From Plasmodiophora brassicae (Eukaryota): DNA of 64,000 nucleotides. The notes under the pieces were generated by a model that saw only the letters and a program-made list of their open reading frames with translations, was not told where the DNA came from and did no database searches. Within the stretch, counting starts at the first letter, position 1, and every line of letters begins with the position of its first letter. Of this stretch, positions 1-13,791 are shown one piece after another. Both the position numbers and the translations under genes were made by a program. The stretch spans positions 62,001 to 126,000 of the forward strand of contig CP145419.1 in NCBI GenBank assembly GCA_036867785.1. The letters are read 5' to 3'.

Positions 1-335
1 GCCGCAGCAGGTGCAGCGTCGCGGCTCGGGCCCTTGTGTAGGAATTGCGGTCCTGCAGCGCAATGGGACTGCGCGGGGTTGTCTGACCACCTGTCACCGC
101 CCGCGACGACGCGTCCCGCATCGGATGTCTGTCTCACCCGCCCATGCAGTGCACTGCCGTCCCTCGCCGTGGAAGTCTCCTTGGCACGGCACCACCGCCG
201 GCCGTCGGCCGTCCCCTTTGGCGGCAGTGAGTAGTCGTCGCACATTTTGGGTCGGTGGTGAACGCGAGCCGCCCCAATACAGATTGCGCGCCGGCCGCCC
301 CCCGCCGCGCACATCGTCAGGCGGCGTGCGGCATC

Positions 336-1649
336 ATGGCGCAGCTGCACTGGATCGAGGCGGGCCTGCTGCTGTCGGCGTTCCTCGACCTGGTCGAGGA
401 CCTCGCCTGGGTCACGTCGGGCGTCGCCATCGTCCTCCTGTCCCTGCATCGGTGGCGGGTCTCGCTGACGGCCCTGTATACGTCGCTGGCGGTCGGCGCC
501 CTGGCCCGCCTCGGCGTCATCGTCGCCATGCCCGGCGTCCGCGTCGCGTTCCTCGTCGTCGCCGTCCTGTTCGCGCTGCTGCACCCGATCGCCGTCTTCC
601 CCGACCTGTCCGGCCCGTACCTCGTCGGGTGCCGCACCGAGCGCCTGCGCGGCATCGACTGTCGCATCCTGTACCCGACGACGCGTGCGTCGTCGTCGTC
701 GGGCGCGGACCTCGTCCCGTACCTCGAGTGGCACCGGCACACGCCGGCGGGCATCGCCAAGTACGCCGGCATGCCCGCGTTCCTGTTCGCCCACCTGCCG
801 TCGTTCCGCCTGCGCGCCTACCGCCATGCGCCCGTCGCCGACGACCAGGCGTCGCACCCGCTGATCGTCTTCTCCCACGGTGCGTAGGGCGGGCGGGGCA
901 CGCCACCGAACCGATGATTGCTGACGCCCCTCGTGAGGTCAGGCCTGGGCGGCACGTTCGAGATGTACTCGGCGCTGCTCGAGGACTGGGCGTCGCGCGG
1001 CTTCGTCGTCCTGGCCGTCAACCACGGCGACGGCAGCGCGGCCGCGTTCCGCCGCGCCGACTCGGACGACACGGTCCTGTACGTGCCCGTCGACGACGAC
1101 GGGCAGCGACGCGTGCAACTCGAGCACCGCGTCGCCGAGCTGTCCAGGGCGGTGAGCGCGTTCCTCGACGTGGGCCCGCCGTCCATCCCGGTCGACCCGG
1201 CCCGCGTCTTTGTCGTCGGGCACTCGTTCGGCGGCGCCACGGCCGTTGCCGCCGCCGCCGACGACCCGCGCTTCCGGGCCGTCGTCGCCTACGACATGTG
1301 GATGATGCCGGTGCCGCCCGAGACGCTGTCGTCGGCGCGCCTTCGCGACCTGCCCGTCGCGCATTGCATCTCGCGGGCCTGGCGCGAGTCGGCGACGTTC
1401 CCCGCGTTCCTGCAGGCGTGCGGGTCGGCGTCGGGCGGCGTCTGGCTCATCGACCAGGCCGACCACGTGTCGTTCAGCGACGTGTACCTGTACTCGCCGT
1501 TCCTGGCGCGCCTGGCGCTGCGCGGCGCCGACCCGGCGACCCGCCCGATCCTGCAGGCGGCCAGCGCGTTCGCCGCCGACTTCCTGTCGGGAGGGCACGA
1601 CGCGACCCGGGCCCCGTCGCCATACATCCGACGCCTGTCGTCGTCGTGA
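336..1649 (+). CDS. Platelet-activating-factor acetylhydrolase-like alpha/beta hydrolase with N-terminal TM segments; 2 exons (intron 880-942)
   Basis: Splicing GTGCGT...AG (880-942, CTGAC branch at 921) joins PLIVFSH-G-LGG. Also FVVLAVNHGDGSA, the nucleophile elbow GHSFGG, AYDMW and a C-terminal H.SFSD, which match the PAF-AH II family. Confidence 0.85.
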
Positions 1650-1700
1650 ACCTCGCCTGTACTGTGTGTGTGTGTGTGTGCTGCCGCTGCCGCTGCCTGG

Positions 1701-2882
1701 TCACAGGTCGGCGTCCGGCAGCGCCGGGTGCGACTCCAGCAGGGCGTTGAAGCGCGCCATCAGCGACTGGATGCGCTGTGCGTTCGTCGGCGGGGGCGCA
1801 CCCGGCGCCACGGCCGCCGCTGTCTTCTTCGCCCTCGCCGTCGTCGCGCCCTTCGCCCGGGCGCCCGGCTGTGCCCTGCGCCCGGCCGACGGCGGCGCAC
1901 CCGGCGGCTTCTTCTGCGCCGCCTTCTTCGTCGTCGTCGTCTTCTTCACCTTCGCACCGTCCCGCTGGGTGGCCGCGGATCGTGGCCGCTGGTGCCGCCG
2001 GCGCGGCACGGCAGCACCGACGTCGTCGTCGTCGCCGACAACGGGGGTGACCTCGGACGCGCTGAGGAGCGACCGGTACGTCGACGGGGGCGATTCAACG
2101 GCGGGCGTCGGTGGCAACAGCGGCGCCGCGCGGACGACGTCAGCGGCGCCCGCGCGTTCAACGGCGCGGAACGCACCGAGTAGGTCCCGCATCCGGGACG
2201 CCGTCTCGTCCAGGAAGGCGATCGCGGATTCGCAGACGGCGACGGCGTCGCCGATCGGCGCCTGTCCTGGCCCCGGCACGGCAGGCGCCGCACCTGCTGG
2301 CACCGGCCGACGGTGCTGCGGCTGCTGCTGCTGCTGCTGCGGGCCGCGCCTGCCGGGCTCCGGCGTGCGCGGCGTCATCAACGCACCGGGTGCGGCGGCG
2401 GGTTCCGGCGTGCGCGGTGCCATCAACGCACCGGGTGCGACGCGCTCCGGCGTGCGCGGCGCTGTCAACGCACCGGGTGCGGCGGGCGCCGGGGTGCGCG
2501 GTCGGCAGTCGCGGATCCGCAGGACGAGCTGGGCGGCGGCACCGTCGGCGCCGGACGCGTAGCTGAGCAGCTGGAACCCGGTCGTGGGCACGGGCAGAAC
2601 CTCTGCACCCGGCGGTGGGGGGCGGCCGCCGACGCACGGTTAGCGAGTCGGTGCGGGGGCGGCAGGCGGCGCGCGCTACGTACCGGCCAGGATCTGCCAG
2701 TTGTTCAGCTTGCTGTGCAGGGATTCGGCGTTGGCGTCCAGGCGCGCCAGGTCGAGGGCGCCGCGGCCGGCCAGGATCTCGCCGACCAGGACGCCGTCGC
2801 TGAGGTCGCGGGCCAGCCTGTCCGCCTGGACGCGCCGCGACACGCCGGCCCCGTTGATGAAGTCGGCGGCGGCCTGCTCCAT
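1701..2882 (-). CDS. Calponin-homology (Spef1/CH_2-like) protein with a low-complexity Pro/Ala/Lys-rich tail; 2 exons (intron 2603-2683)
   Basis: Exon 1 contains LARDLSDGVLVGEIL and SKLNNWQIL, typical of the Spef1-type CH domain. The GTACGT...CAG intron restores frame into ORF 1701..2591. Confidence 0.65.
2356..2500. repeat. Coding tandem repeat, ~3.5 copies of a 42-45 nt unit encoding APGAL(T/M)xPRTPE
   Basis: Repeated CCGGCGTGCGCGG...TCAACGCACCGGGTGCG units are visible. Confidence 0.8.
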
Positions 2883-3522
2883 GGCCCGGATCTCTGTTCG
2901 GCCCGTGCGTGCGCCGTGCACGTCGTCGTAGGACCTGCTGCTCCTGCTGCTGCTGAACGAGTCGCAACGCCCTGTGACGGAACCGTGCAGGCAGGGCGGC
3001 GCACGAGCCACCGCATCGGCATCGGATGGGACGTCAATTGGCAACACGCACACACACACGTACTCGCACGCACACACTCAGCGTGCTGAATGGAAGGGGG
3101 GCACCACCCGTCCAGTTGTGCGGTGGCCCTCGTCGAGGACGACGACGGCCGCGTATCGCTTGCGCGATCAGGACGGGCGTATGCGCCACCGGCGCCGGGA
3201 CCCCCGGGCACCACTTCCGTTCAATCGCGCCCGCGTTGCCGTCGTTCGGCAGGGCCGGTCAGCACGTGGTGGTGCCATGAACTCGTTGCACGTACCGGTG
3301 CGTGTGCCTCTGTGCGAGTTTGTATGTGTACTGTACTACAGTATGACGATGGCAGCCCGGTCGGGTGTGGCCCGGGACGATGACGTCCTTCACCTTGTGA
3401 CGGTCAGTTGCGAGGCCGGGTTCCCCTTCGTGTTGTGGCTGTCGTTGATCCCCCGCGCCCGGCCGGCTCCCGCGCATCGTCCGACACACCCGCGAGAGCG
3501 AGGAGGGCGGCTTGCGCGCACG

Positions 3523-5137
3523 ATGAACGTCGACGAGATCACCGGCGAGCTTCAGCATGCGATCCGCGAGGCATTGGAACACGCGCGCTCCTGTACGGTC
3601 GTCGTGCGCGCGGCGTCGTGCGCGTATCACCCGACCGATTCGTGTCGCACCGCGCAGGTCACCCAGCGGCGCCCAAGGACGTCATCGCCGCCCTGGCCGT
3701 CCAGGCGCTGGGCAGCGTCCTCCACGAGGACGCCATGGCGTCGGTATCGCCGCCGGCGACGCCCCTGGCCAGTCTGCCGCCGGCGATCCGCTCCCGTCCC
3801 ATACGCGTCTACATCGACGGGTGCTTCGACATCATGCACAGCGGGCACTACAACGCCCTGCGCCAGGCCAAAGTCAGGTGCCGGGCGCAGCGAACCCCCT
3901 GACCGGCGACTGACGGCGCGTTGCTGCGCGGCAGACGCTGGGCCACGTGCTCGTTGCCGGCGTCCACAGCGACGCGGAGATCACGAGGCAGAAGGGGCCG
4001 CCGGTCATGAACGACGACGAGCGCCTGGAGGCGGTGCGCGCCTGTAAATGGGTCGACGAAGTCGTGTTCGACACGCCGTACACGCCGTCCCTGCAGCTGC
4101 TGGTCAGCGCGCCGCCTGTCTGTGTGTCGTTGCATTCTTAGCACCCGGGTGGCCCCACAGGACAAGCTCAACTGCGACTTTGTCGTGCACGGCGACGACA
4201 TGCCGACGTCGGCCGACGGGTCCAACGTCTACGACGAGGTGCGCGCGGCGGTCGTTCTCGTCGTCGTCGCCGGATGCGGGTTGTGCTGAGCGGCGTTCGT
4301 TTCGTCCCGCCCCACAGGTCATGTCGGCGGGGCGCCTCCGCATCATCAAGCGGACGGACGGCGTGTCGACAACGGACCTGGTCGGGCGCCTGCTGATGAT
4401 GACCACGGAGCACCACATTGCCAGCGGGCGGCTGCACCGGGCGACGTCCGGCGAGATGGGCGCCCAGCACAAGCTGGCGCTGACGTCGCGGGTGCTGCCG
4501 TCCAGCTCGTTCATGGCGACGACCCGGCGCATATCGCAGTTCTCGAACAACAGGTCGATCACGCCGGACGACCGCGTCGTCTACCTGGCCGGGTCGTTCG
4601 ACCTGTTCCACGTCGGACACATGGAGACCCTGATCAAGGCCAAGGCGCTCGGCACGTTCCTCTACGTGGGCATCCTGGACGACCAGACCGTCAACAAGAT
4701 GTACGGGTCGAACCTGCCCATCATGAACCTGCACGAACGCGTCCTGAACGTCCTGTCCTGCCGGGCGGTCGACGAGGTCCTCCTGTGCGCCCCCTGGGCC
4801 GTCACCGAGGCCCTCATCAAATCGCTGCACGTCGCCGTCGTCGCGTCCGGCGGCAACGTCGACGAGCCGTGCGAGGGCGACAAGGGCCGATTCGACGTTG
4901 CAATCGCCATGGTAAGCGGGCGGATTGCACCCCGGCGTGCGTTCGCGAGTGTGACGCGTGTGACGCGTGTCCCAGGGCATACACCAGCCGCTCGGCCGGG
5001 ACCGGCACCTGACCACGTCGGACGTGATCACGCGCATCGTCAACAACCGGAAGCAGTTCGAGCTGAAGCACGCCAAGCGGGCGCCGAAGGAGGCCAAGTA
5101 CATGGCCGAACGCGACAACAACATTGTCGAGGTATAA
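3523..5137 (+). CDS. PCYT2: Ethanolamine-phosphate cytidylyltransferase (two cytidylyltransferase domains), multi-exon
   Basis: RVYIDGCFDIMHSGHYNALRQAK, GVHSDAEI, CKWVDEVV, HGDD, KRTDGVSTTDLVGR, and a second domain GSFDLFHVGH...PIMNLHERVLNVLSCRAVDEV, separated by short GT-AG introns. Confidence 0.93.
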
Positions 5138-5234
5138 ACCAGCGTCCGCAATGGGCCAACCGGGGACAGCGCTGCCTACGGTAGGTATGTACATTGGCAT
5201 CAGGGCATCGCAGCACCACCCGCCCACCCGCCCA

Positions 5235-8200
5235 TTACTGGGCCAGGAAGTCGCAGGTCTGCGCCAGCCAGGGCAGCTGATAGTGCCGGGCGATGCGATC
5301 GAAGACGGCCAGCTGCCGGCGGTACTGGGCGATATCGGTGCGCGCGCGAAGGCTGCCACTGCACGTGCACGTCGCCGACATGTTCGTACGCGCCACCGAC
5401 CCACACTTGCCGCACACCAGGTCCTGCACCTGGTACGAATCCGACATCCAGCGAACCACCTGCAACAGACACACGCGTCTGGGCGACGACCACGAACAGG
5501 CTGCTGCGGCCGACCCTGGTGGTCGAGGCGTACCTTCAGCAACGCGGCCTCGATCGCGTCCATGTCGAGGACGTTCTGGCACATCGGGCAGCGGACGTCG
5601 CGGTTCGTGCCGTCGACTTCACGGCACAGGTCCACGTCGCGAACGTGCCTGCAGAACGAGCAGACGACGTCCATGAGGACGTACGTCCTGCAGGGGTTCA
5701 CCCAGCGCGACTCGTCGCTGAACGGCGACACGCGCAGCAGGCGCATGGCCGTCGACCGTATCGTGTCGACTTCGGCGGCGATGCTCGCGTCCAGGGACAG
5801 GACGTGGATGCACATCTTGGCGAACTCCAGAGCCGGGTTACGCCACCTCGAGGAGATGTGGGCCCCGGGCAGACCTTCCGGGAAGGCGGACGCCCGCGCC
5901 CGGTCGTCGTCCGAGTGGCGCGGGCCATGCGCGACCTCGATAACCTCATCGACCATGCCCAGGAGCCGGCGCAGGTAGTACGACAGGGCCTGGTCGCGCA
6001 GGTAGGCGACGCGGTTGGATTCGTCGCAGTCCTCCGGGTTGCCCGACCGCCAGTACAGGTACGGCCGGACCAGGAACTCGGTCGTCAGCTCCAGGAACCG
6101 ATCCCGGGGCAGCTCTGGCAGGTACTCAGCAACGTTCCAGTGCGCTTCGGCAATGGGTTCCGTTTCGTCGCGATCGTCGCCCTGGTCGGGCGCCGCCGGA
6201 ACGCCCGCGTAATTCGCCGCGTCCATGTACAGCAGCGACAGCCAGACACGGTCGAACCTGAGGGCAAGACGGTATCAGTCGACACAGGGCCCCGCGTACG
6301 ACACCACCACCTGCACCTGAATATCAGCATGCGAAACAGGTCGTTCTCTTGGACGCTTGCGGCTGCTGATCTGATGAACGCCATGGCATGCGGAAGAGTT
6401 GGTTTGCGAGCGTGTAGGACCAGCTTTGTGAAGGAGCCGTAGACCACCTACCCGGGCGGGTTCAGTCCACGCGGACACACAGACGTCCCATTGCCTAGGC
6501 ACGAGGAGAACCTGGGCGCCGAGCGACCTGAAATCGGCACACAGCCGCAGGAACACCTTCCGCATTAGGTCGTGCAGCATGCGATGCACGTTCGGTTCGT
6601 AAAACAGCGACGACGGCGACGAAATCCACTAGGTCGGACAGGGGTCAGCCGCACATAGAGGAGGTCGACATTGACGGCCGACCTGGTAGATTTGGCAGAT
6701 GAGCATATCGGCCAGGTCGTTCTTGTTCTTTCGTATTTCCTCAAACAGGTTCACAGTCAGCTGCTGAAGGACGGCAAAGGCCTGCGACGACGTTCGACAG
6801 TCCGCTGGCCGATCCCGGTAACGTAGCAGCCCTGCAAATGCCCCGTGTCACGTGCTGGTCGCATGCTATGCGGGGCAATCTGGGGACTGACGGTGCGCCT
6901 TCCGGTCCTCAGGAGCCGGTTCCGGATCGCTGATCGTCCCCTCGATCAGACTGATGCAATCGGATGACAGCAGGGCATTCGCCGCCATGTTGAGGATCTC
7001 GATTTCAATGCAGGCGTCGCGATAGCATCTACGAATTTCAGCCACGCTGCCAAACCGTACGGCGCATCATTACCCTGGTGAGACTTTCACCGGATTCGAG
7101 AGTGGCTCCTGAAAGAAGAACGAGTCGTCGTCCGTACAGCGTTTGTCAAACCCGAGATCTGTAGCCGAACGGCGTCAGTTCGCCGAGGCGGACACGCGTG
7201 GCAACAGAGGGTACCAGGGCGGTCGGTCGACGAGCACCACCACACATGATCCTGGGAGCGTAGCAGCCTGGCAAAGAAGACGTCCATGATGAAGGAGGAC
7301 ATGTTGCTGCTGATGTTGCCAATAGGCACAAGACCGTATCTGCTGAATGAAGCAATCTGGGATACGATCGAGCGAACCGATAAGAAGCGCGCCGTCAGCG
7401 TGCGACAAGCAGCCGGCAGCCATTGCAGCGCCCGGTACCGGTCATCATTGATATTCGTGGGGATCTCCACAATCGGAAGTGAGAGCGCGTGCGCTGTGCA
7501 ACAATGAGTCGCTGGGAGGCCGAATGGTTCCATCGATGAGTTACAGAGTTGGTTGATTTTCGATCTGCCCAGGCACTGTTCCAGGGACGCAGAGATCTGG
7601 GTAACCAGCATGGTCGGCGAATGCTGTTTCGCAACTTTGTGCAACCTGTAGACGAAATGACTGGGCGCCACCAGGGAAGCAATGTACACGAGACGGGGTA
7701 CCTGTCTCGAAGGAGATTAACGGCAGCATCAAACGACCGGACGACCTTGTATTCCGCATCGATGTTCGGCACATCGATGCCCGGTCCCAGCTCTTCCCGA
7801 TGCACGATATCCGCGGCAATGGCCTGAAGATCAGGTCGTTCACCGGGAGTGCCCTTGGCGCTGACGACCACCACGAAGATCGCGGTTGCGCCGCCTTCCG
7901 ACGGGTTCGAAGCACATAGCGCAATGACAGATCGGTCCAGGTTGCCACTGGCGTACAGAAACAGTCGCGCCATCGCGTCAATCTTGTCAAGGTACACCCG
8001 GGACTGTGATTGGGGGCCACATTCCAGATCATGCAGGTCACAGGGCCCGCCGCGAAACAGATCAGCCCGGCCAGCAGACCGGACGACGTTACCGACGGCC
8101 ACGATCGCCGTGAACGACAGCGGCACCTGTGATTCGAACACGCCATCGATCTGGTCGCTAGCGCGAAGAGCCGCCACTTCGTCGTCGGACGGGTTGACCA

Positions 8201-11200
8201 ATTCAAACAGATATCGAGCGAGGCGCCCTCGCGGAAGTACACGAGTCGACGTCAACGGGTGCGCATGCGGAATAGGGCAACTGTTCACCTTGGAGTTAAC
8301 AATGACCTTGCGGGGGACTCGAACGCGGAACGAGCGAAATTCATCCCGCCCGTCATCGTACACCCTACGTGGGCACGTTAACGGACACGGTGCTCATATC
8401 CTAGTACAACAATACGAACCAGAAGACAAGAGGGCCACCGTCCTTGGGGTCGTAGATTTGGACGATCTGGAAGTCGGGCTGCTTGTGGAGACGACGAACC
8501 GCACTGGCACGACTAGCGCCTGATCTGCGATTCGGCGACGCTGGATTGCGCGCGACCGAACGTTCAGCCCGTAGCTCGCGCCATCGTTTCTTCTCGAAAG
8601 AGAGAAACGCCTGAAAATCGTCCAACATTCGAGGTGCGTCTGCAGCCGACAGCCGATCTGGCTGTGTCGGGGAACGCCCCGGCTTTTCTGGCCGATTACG
8701 TTCCGGTCGGGCAGGTGGCGATGCGCGTTCAGTGCGGGTGTCCTGCAGCTGTGGAACGGCTTGTTCAATATCAGTGACAGGACGAAGGAATGAAGCAATG
8801 GACGATTGCTTGAAGGCCGATGACTCGGTCGCAACGCGCTTCGTAAGCCACTCGGGGTGCATCACTCGAGGAACCGGATTGGAAATGTGCTGGGCCGCAG
8901 CAGGGACTGAGGCCAACAGGGAGCCACCGGTGAGAAAACGGAAGTGGACAGTCCAACGATTCCCTTACTCGTTATGATCTTTTGAATTGCGGACCCGAGA
9001 CGGGTCGAATAATACGACCAATCGAGAATAGAGCGTATGTCAAAAGACTTCAAGGAACTGTCCCCCAGCCACTTGCGCAGGTACGTTTGACGAATACCCT
9101 GTAATCGAACAGTGAACTGAAAGACTAAACGGGTAAAGGGGAGACTGACCTCTTCGGCGCCGAATATCTTGACAGGAATCGCGCGCTCACTAACTGGGGC
9201 GCCCTGGGGGTTTCGTGATATAATGAACTGGCACGACAGCTTATCGTTGAGAAGGTCGGCACCGAGGAAGGACGCAAGGCGGCGCGCTGTCGTAATGGCG
9301 GTCGACTTCTGATTGCCGTACGCAGATATGCTCTAATGCAACGATTACAACGTGCACGGGACCAGACGTGGTATCACGTACCTGTGACATGGATTTCGTT
9401 TCGGACAGAAGCTCGAACACTTCTTCGTCTGTCAGGTCGGCCCCCTTCCGTTCCAGCACGTCAAGCCACCTGTTTGCAACTGTTCCAACGGCAGCATAGC
9501 ATTCCTTCAACGTGGAACCTTCCAGGAACGCTGGGAACACTTGCGCTGACGAGACGGTTAGATGGGTAACGGGACCCGCCATCATAGCACACGAACATTG
9601 AAAGACTTTGATAACGCTGAGTTCTCCACGTCGCTTAATCTCGAATCCCTTGAGCTCTGCCAGGGACCCATCGAAGTTGAACACAGCATATCGCTTTTTC
9701 AGCATCTTGCCCTCCTCGGGTGCCGCGGGGATGACCATGGCCTTGTACGGCCCGTCAACTGGAACAATGTCATATTACGGGACGTCTGGACAGTTCACGC
9801 AGGACGCCGACCTTCGAAGAAAATATCATTCTTGGTCGATCTTCTATACGTGTGCGACTCTTGGTCTTCCAGCGTCAAGTACTGGTCATTCGTGAAAATT
9901 CGATGCACGATCCTGTTGAGTATTGTACAGGGATACGTCATTTCAAACCTAAGGACAGTGATATGAATTGTGGGTGAAACATGTGAATCTGTTGGGACTG
10001 CGAACTGACGATTTTTCCTGGCCCTTGTCCAAGAACTTGATCTGGAATTTATCAGGGAAGCCGGATGGTAAAATGCACCAAATTCCATCGGTGTCTAATT
10101 CCAGGGGACGCCCAATCCTCTCGATAAGGTGCCGCGTCTCTTTGATAATGTTTGCACCTGGATTATGTCAACATCGTGCGACATTTCAACGTCAGCGACA
10201 ACGATGTCCCAACCTGTGAGCGTAACAACGCCCGCCATTTCCATGGAATGCCAGCGAGCTCCTCTCCGCATGACGTACCCGTAAAACGAATTCAAAATAC
10301 ACTGGAAGGCGACCGTTAGAAGAATAAATGTGCTATTGCGCTGACGAACACCTTGTGGGCAAGCTGCATCGAATCGTACAGCAGCACCATAGAGTTCGCC
10401 TTTTGCTTCTCAGCCAGGGTCTTGCCATTCTTTGCCTTCTCCTTCCAGGTCTTATTAAGCGCTTTGTACTTGTATCGACGATCACGGAAGTTCAAGACCG
10501 TGTTCACATCTGCATTCAGGAACGTCATCGCAATACCCCTGTTCTCGATGCACGACAATAGACTTACAGAACGGATTTTCTCGCTGGCATATTGTTGCAG
10601 ACCGTGTTTCGATACTCTCTTCGTACTGCTTCTTGTACACCTGACGACATACGACTTCAGTACATATCACGTATCGATTATGGATGATGACTTTGGTAGA
10701 ATAGGCTTTGACTCGAGATACCAACAGTTCCGCCTGTTTCGTCAAAGACAGATCTTGATAGCGAACTGTAGGACCGTTCTCGCCACCGTCCTACAGGCAC
10801 TTGAATTACTATGCCGGACACTAATCAACTATCCGGAATGGTACCGCGTTCTTTGGAAACAATGATTCGTTCAGGTTGGCACGAATCTGCTCGATTTCCC
10901 GTCGTTTAGCAGGATAAAACCGGCTGCATTCAAAACCAACATATTACTATAGATCTTCGTCGACAACTGTGGATAGCAGGCAGACCCTTTCCAGGCCCAC
11001 TCCATGTGGCGCTGACAGACATCACTGTCGATGTTAAAGTCACAGGCGGCGCATGTACGAGAATCGACAATCGCCATAGGTTGAAGGCGATTCGTAAGGA
11101 TCAGGTTAGGGTACATGGCCTGCGAATTGCGGTTCCTGAACGATTCTGGATGCGAGCGAACCGACAACGCGGTCGTACCTGGACATCAAGGTGGTAGATC

Positions 11201-13791
11201 TTCGGGCAGGTTGTGACCGTCGGGCAAGATCGCAGAGTCTCTAGCTGCGCGACGATTTGCTCACGAACTTCTTCGGCATTTGTCACCTAGGGACACATGG
11301 CCGCTTAGCAGACGATACCGTCAGAACTTGCGTCACACTCGTGAAAACCTGATCTATCGTAATTCGTTTCTCCTTCTCAACCGCAAATCGGATGGCGTCA
11401 TCGGCAGTTGCAATAAGGTTATCGAGCTCTTCGACAGACATGACGAACTTCTCAGGAAGATCATCACGAAATACTCCCGCCTCAAGACACTCTACGTGCC
11501 TAGGTCTCGGCTTAGGGGAAAGTACGGGATCATAATTGAAGCGGAAACGTTTACCCCCCAATGTAGGTCTGTGACTCGAGAAGGTGGCCGTCATGAAACT
11601 GAATCAGATCCTCACGATCCTTGTTGGGGCACACGATATTGGCTCGAGACGCTTCCACCATTAGGAGCTACGCGAAACGTAAATGACAATAAATGCAGAG
11701 CACACACTCACGATCGAAACCATTTCGCAGAGCGTCCCGCTACCCTTGCGAAGGACATCGTCTGGCCCCAGTGGGATGATTGTGCACAGCGAGTAAACGA
11801 ACAGGTGGACGTATTTGCAGTACCTATGGGACACAATGTCAGCACCATCGAAAAAGATCGTCGTGCAGGCGATGACAACAGGTAGTATGTGGCAACAGCA
11901 TCAGATACAGAGTAGGATGCTAGTAACTGTGGCTGCGATGTGGCGAACGCGACCATGTCCTCCGGGTCGAGCTCCACAGGGTTATACGCCAACTTGGCCT
12001 TGGTAACCGCCTTCAGGCCCTGAGATCCCTGGGGCAGGTAGGAGTCGCGGCGAACCCAGCAGAACGCGTCCAAGTGGACGCAGAAGCGCCCACCGTATTC
12101 ATCGCCTGCGTGGAAGCAGTTAGACGACATCGCGAAGCGAGAGCAACGGCACGGCAGACCTGACTCCTTTAAACCGATTCCAATCCGCTTCTGCATCGAC
12201 CATCCGTACACAGCCATTCGAGCGTCGACAAACCTGGTAACGGACGTTAGAGTTGGACATCAATCGGCGAATGGAGATGAATGGCAACTTGAAGTCGAAG
12301 AAGTCGCCGTTGTACGTGGTGACGATATGTGGGCGCAACTCCTGTATGTGCGAAACGAACCGTTCGAGAAGAGCTCGTTCGTTACTCTGTAAGTCTGTCG
12401 TGAACCACTGGGCGCTGAAAATCGAGACGACGAACGGATGATACCTCATTGAACACGGTGAAGGGACCCGGGTAGTCCGGTTTCGGCGTGTACTCAAAGT
12501 CCTCAATGTCCTCCGCGACAATCTCCCTGTTGACGATCAAGAACCCGTCCCCATCGACCATGTACGAAATCATCATGATCGAGTCAACAGATGGGTCCTA
12601 CGGCAGGGACGGTGCCTAAGCACCCGGCACCGCAACCGCGCGATAGAGGCACGAACCGGAAATTTCAGAGGCGCCTTTGTCGTCTCGATATCGTATGCAA
12701 GTATTCGAAGATCAGGCACCTATTGAAGCGTCATGGACGATGAAGCGCTAGAACGCAGGGAGCCACATGCACCTCAACGATTTCAGTATCTCTTTCGATA
12801 GTGGCATTGCCCGCGGAAACCGAAACACGGTACCACAGCCCAGCGAAATATTGGTGTGCAATGCAGACCGCCTGTCGGCAATCAGCAACGGGCTCGCCTG
12901 GGCAGACGTACGACGTACCTGGGTATACGGGACATCGTACTCCCGGATATCAACAATAGCGCTTAGGCATTCAGATCGAGAAACTGGATGCGGAACGCCC
13001 ATGCCGTCTCGGTCCTCATCGTCGTACACTGCACTGCCTGAGTAACGAGGCAACACCCGGCATACCATAAAACGAACCCTCGGAGGTCGACAGGTTTGCC
13101 CTGTTCCGGTTAATGATCGGGTGCAGGACCTTCCGTACGCCGGCATGCGCTTGCGTATTCGCAAACGATAATTTCAGGAACACGCCCTTCAGTCCTGATC
13201 CGGTACGTAACGATAATAAGGGAGAGCGCTGAGGATCATATAGCAGCTGGGTGGCATATGTCGAACCTGACAGATGGTTGGGCAGGCCCAGGTCCTCCAT
13301 TTCGACGACCTCAATGGCTAGAACCTGGCCTTCGAACTTCTTCATCAGGTACTGCTCGACCTCGAGTCGCCTTTCCGGCTATCCCTGGTGTTGAGAACCG
13401 GGGCCCACCTGGGACAGAAAACGGGTGCGCATACCTTGACGCGAATCAGGAAGTATGGAGGGACGACAACGGTCACGCGGAACCCGGTGCCATCGTCCTG
13501 CATGAAGTAGAAGTTGACAGCGCTCTGTTCGCTGCGACTGTCACGATCGAACACGCTGGTCTGATGCATATTCAGCATCCATCCGAGGCGGGTCGGGCCC
13601 GACTCGAACAGCGGGAACCCGAACTCATCATCCTGCCTGTTCTCCGCCTCCACGACCGCCCTGCAGCATGCCATCACGAACGCGCCGCGAGTAACATCCA
13701 CCGACCGCGCATACTGCCTCGACTCAGAGCGCCCGGCTCGCCACGGCCCGGAACTGTCATTCGGCGGCGCCAGCCGACGGCTCTGCGTCAT
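5235..13791 (-). CDS. POLE: DNA polymerase epsilon catalytic subunit A, many introns
   Basis: RLGWMLNM (N-term), exonuclease [13 protein letters not shown] and [80 protein letters not shown]...[24 protein letters not shown], and C-terminal Cys clusters (CSFC...CPMC; CGKC...CTC). Confidence 0.97.

Noticed and set aside
1663-1680. (TG)n/(CA)n tracts here and near 3046, 16178, 38560 and 60221
   Set aside because: Ordinary microsatellites in UTRs and introns.
11-1750. 579 aa Arg/Pro-rich ORF and similar long R/P/G-rich ORFs (e.g. 56263-58191, 39601-40905)
   Set aside because: Alternative frames of real GC-rich genes; composition is typical of off-frame translation.
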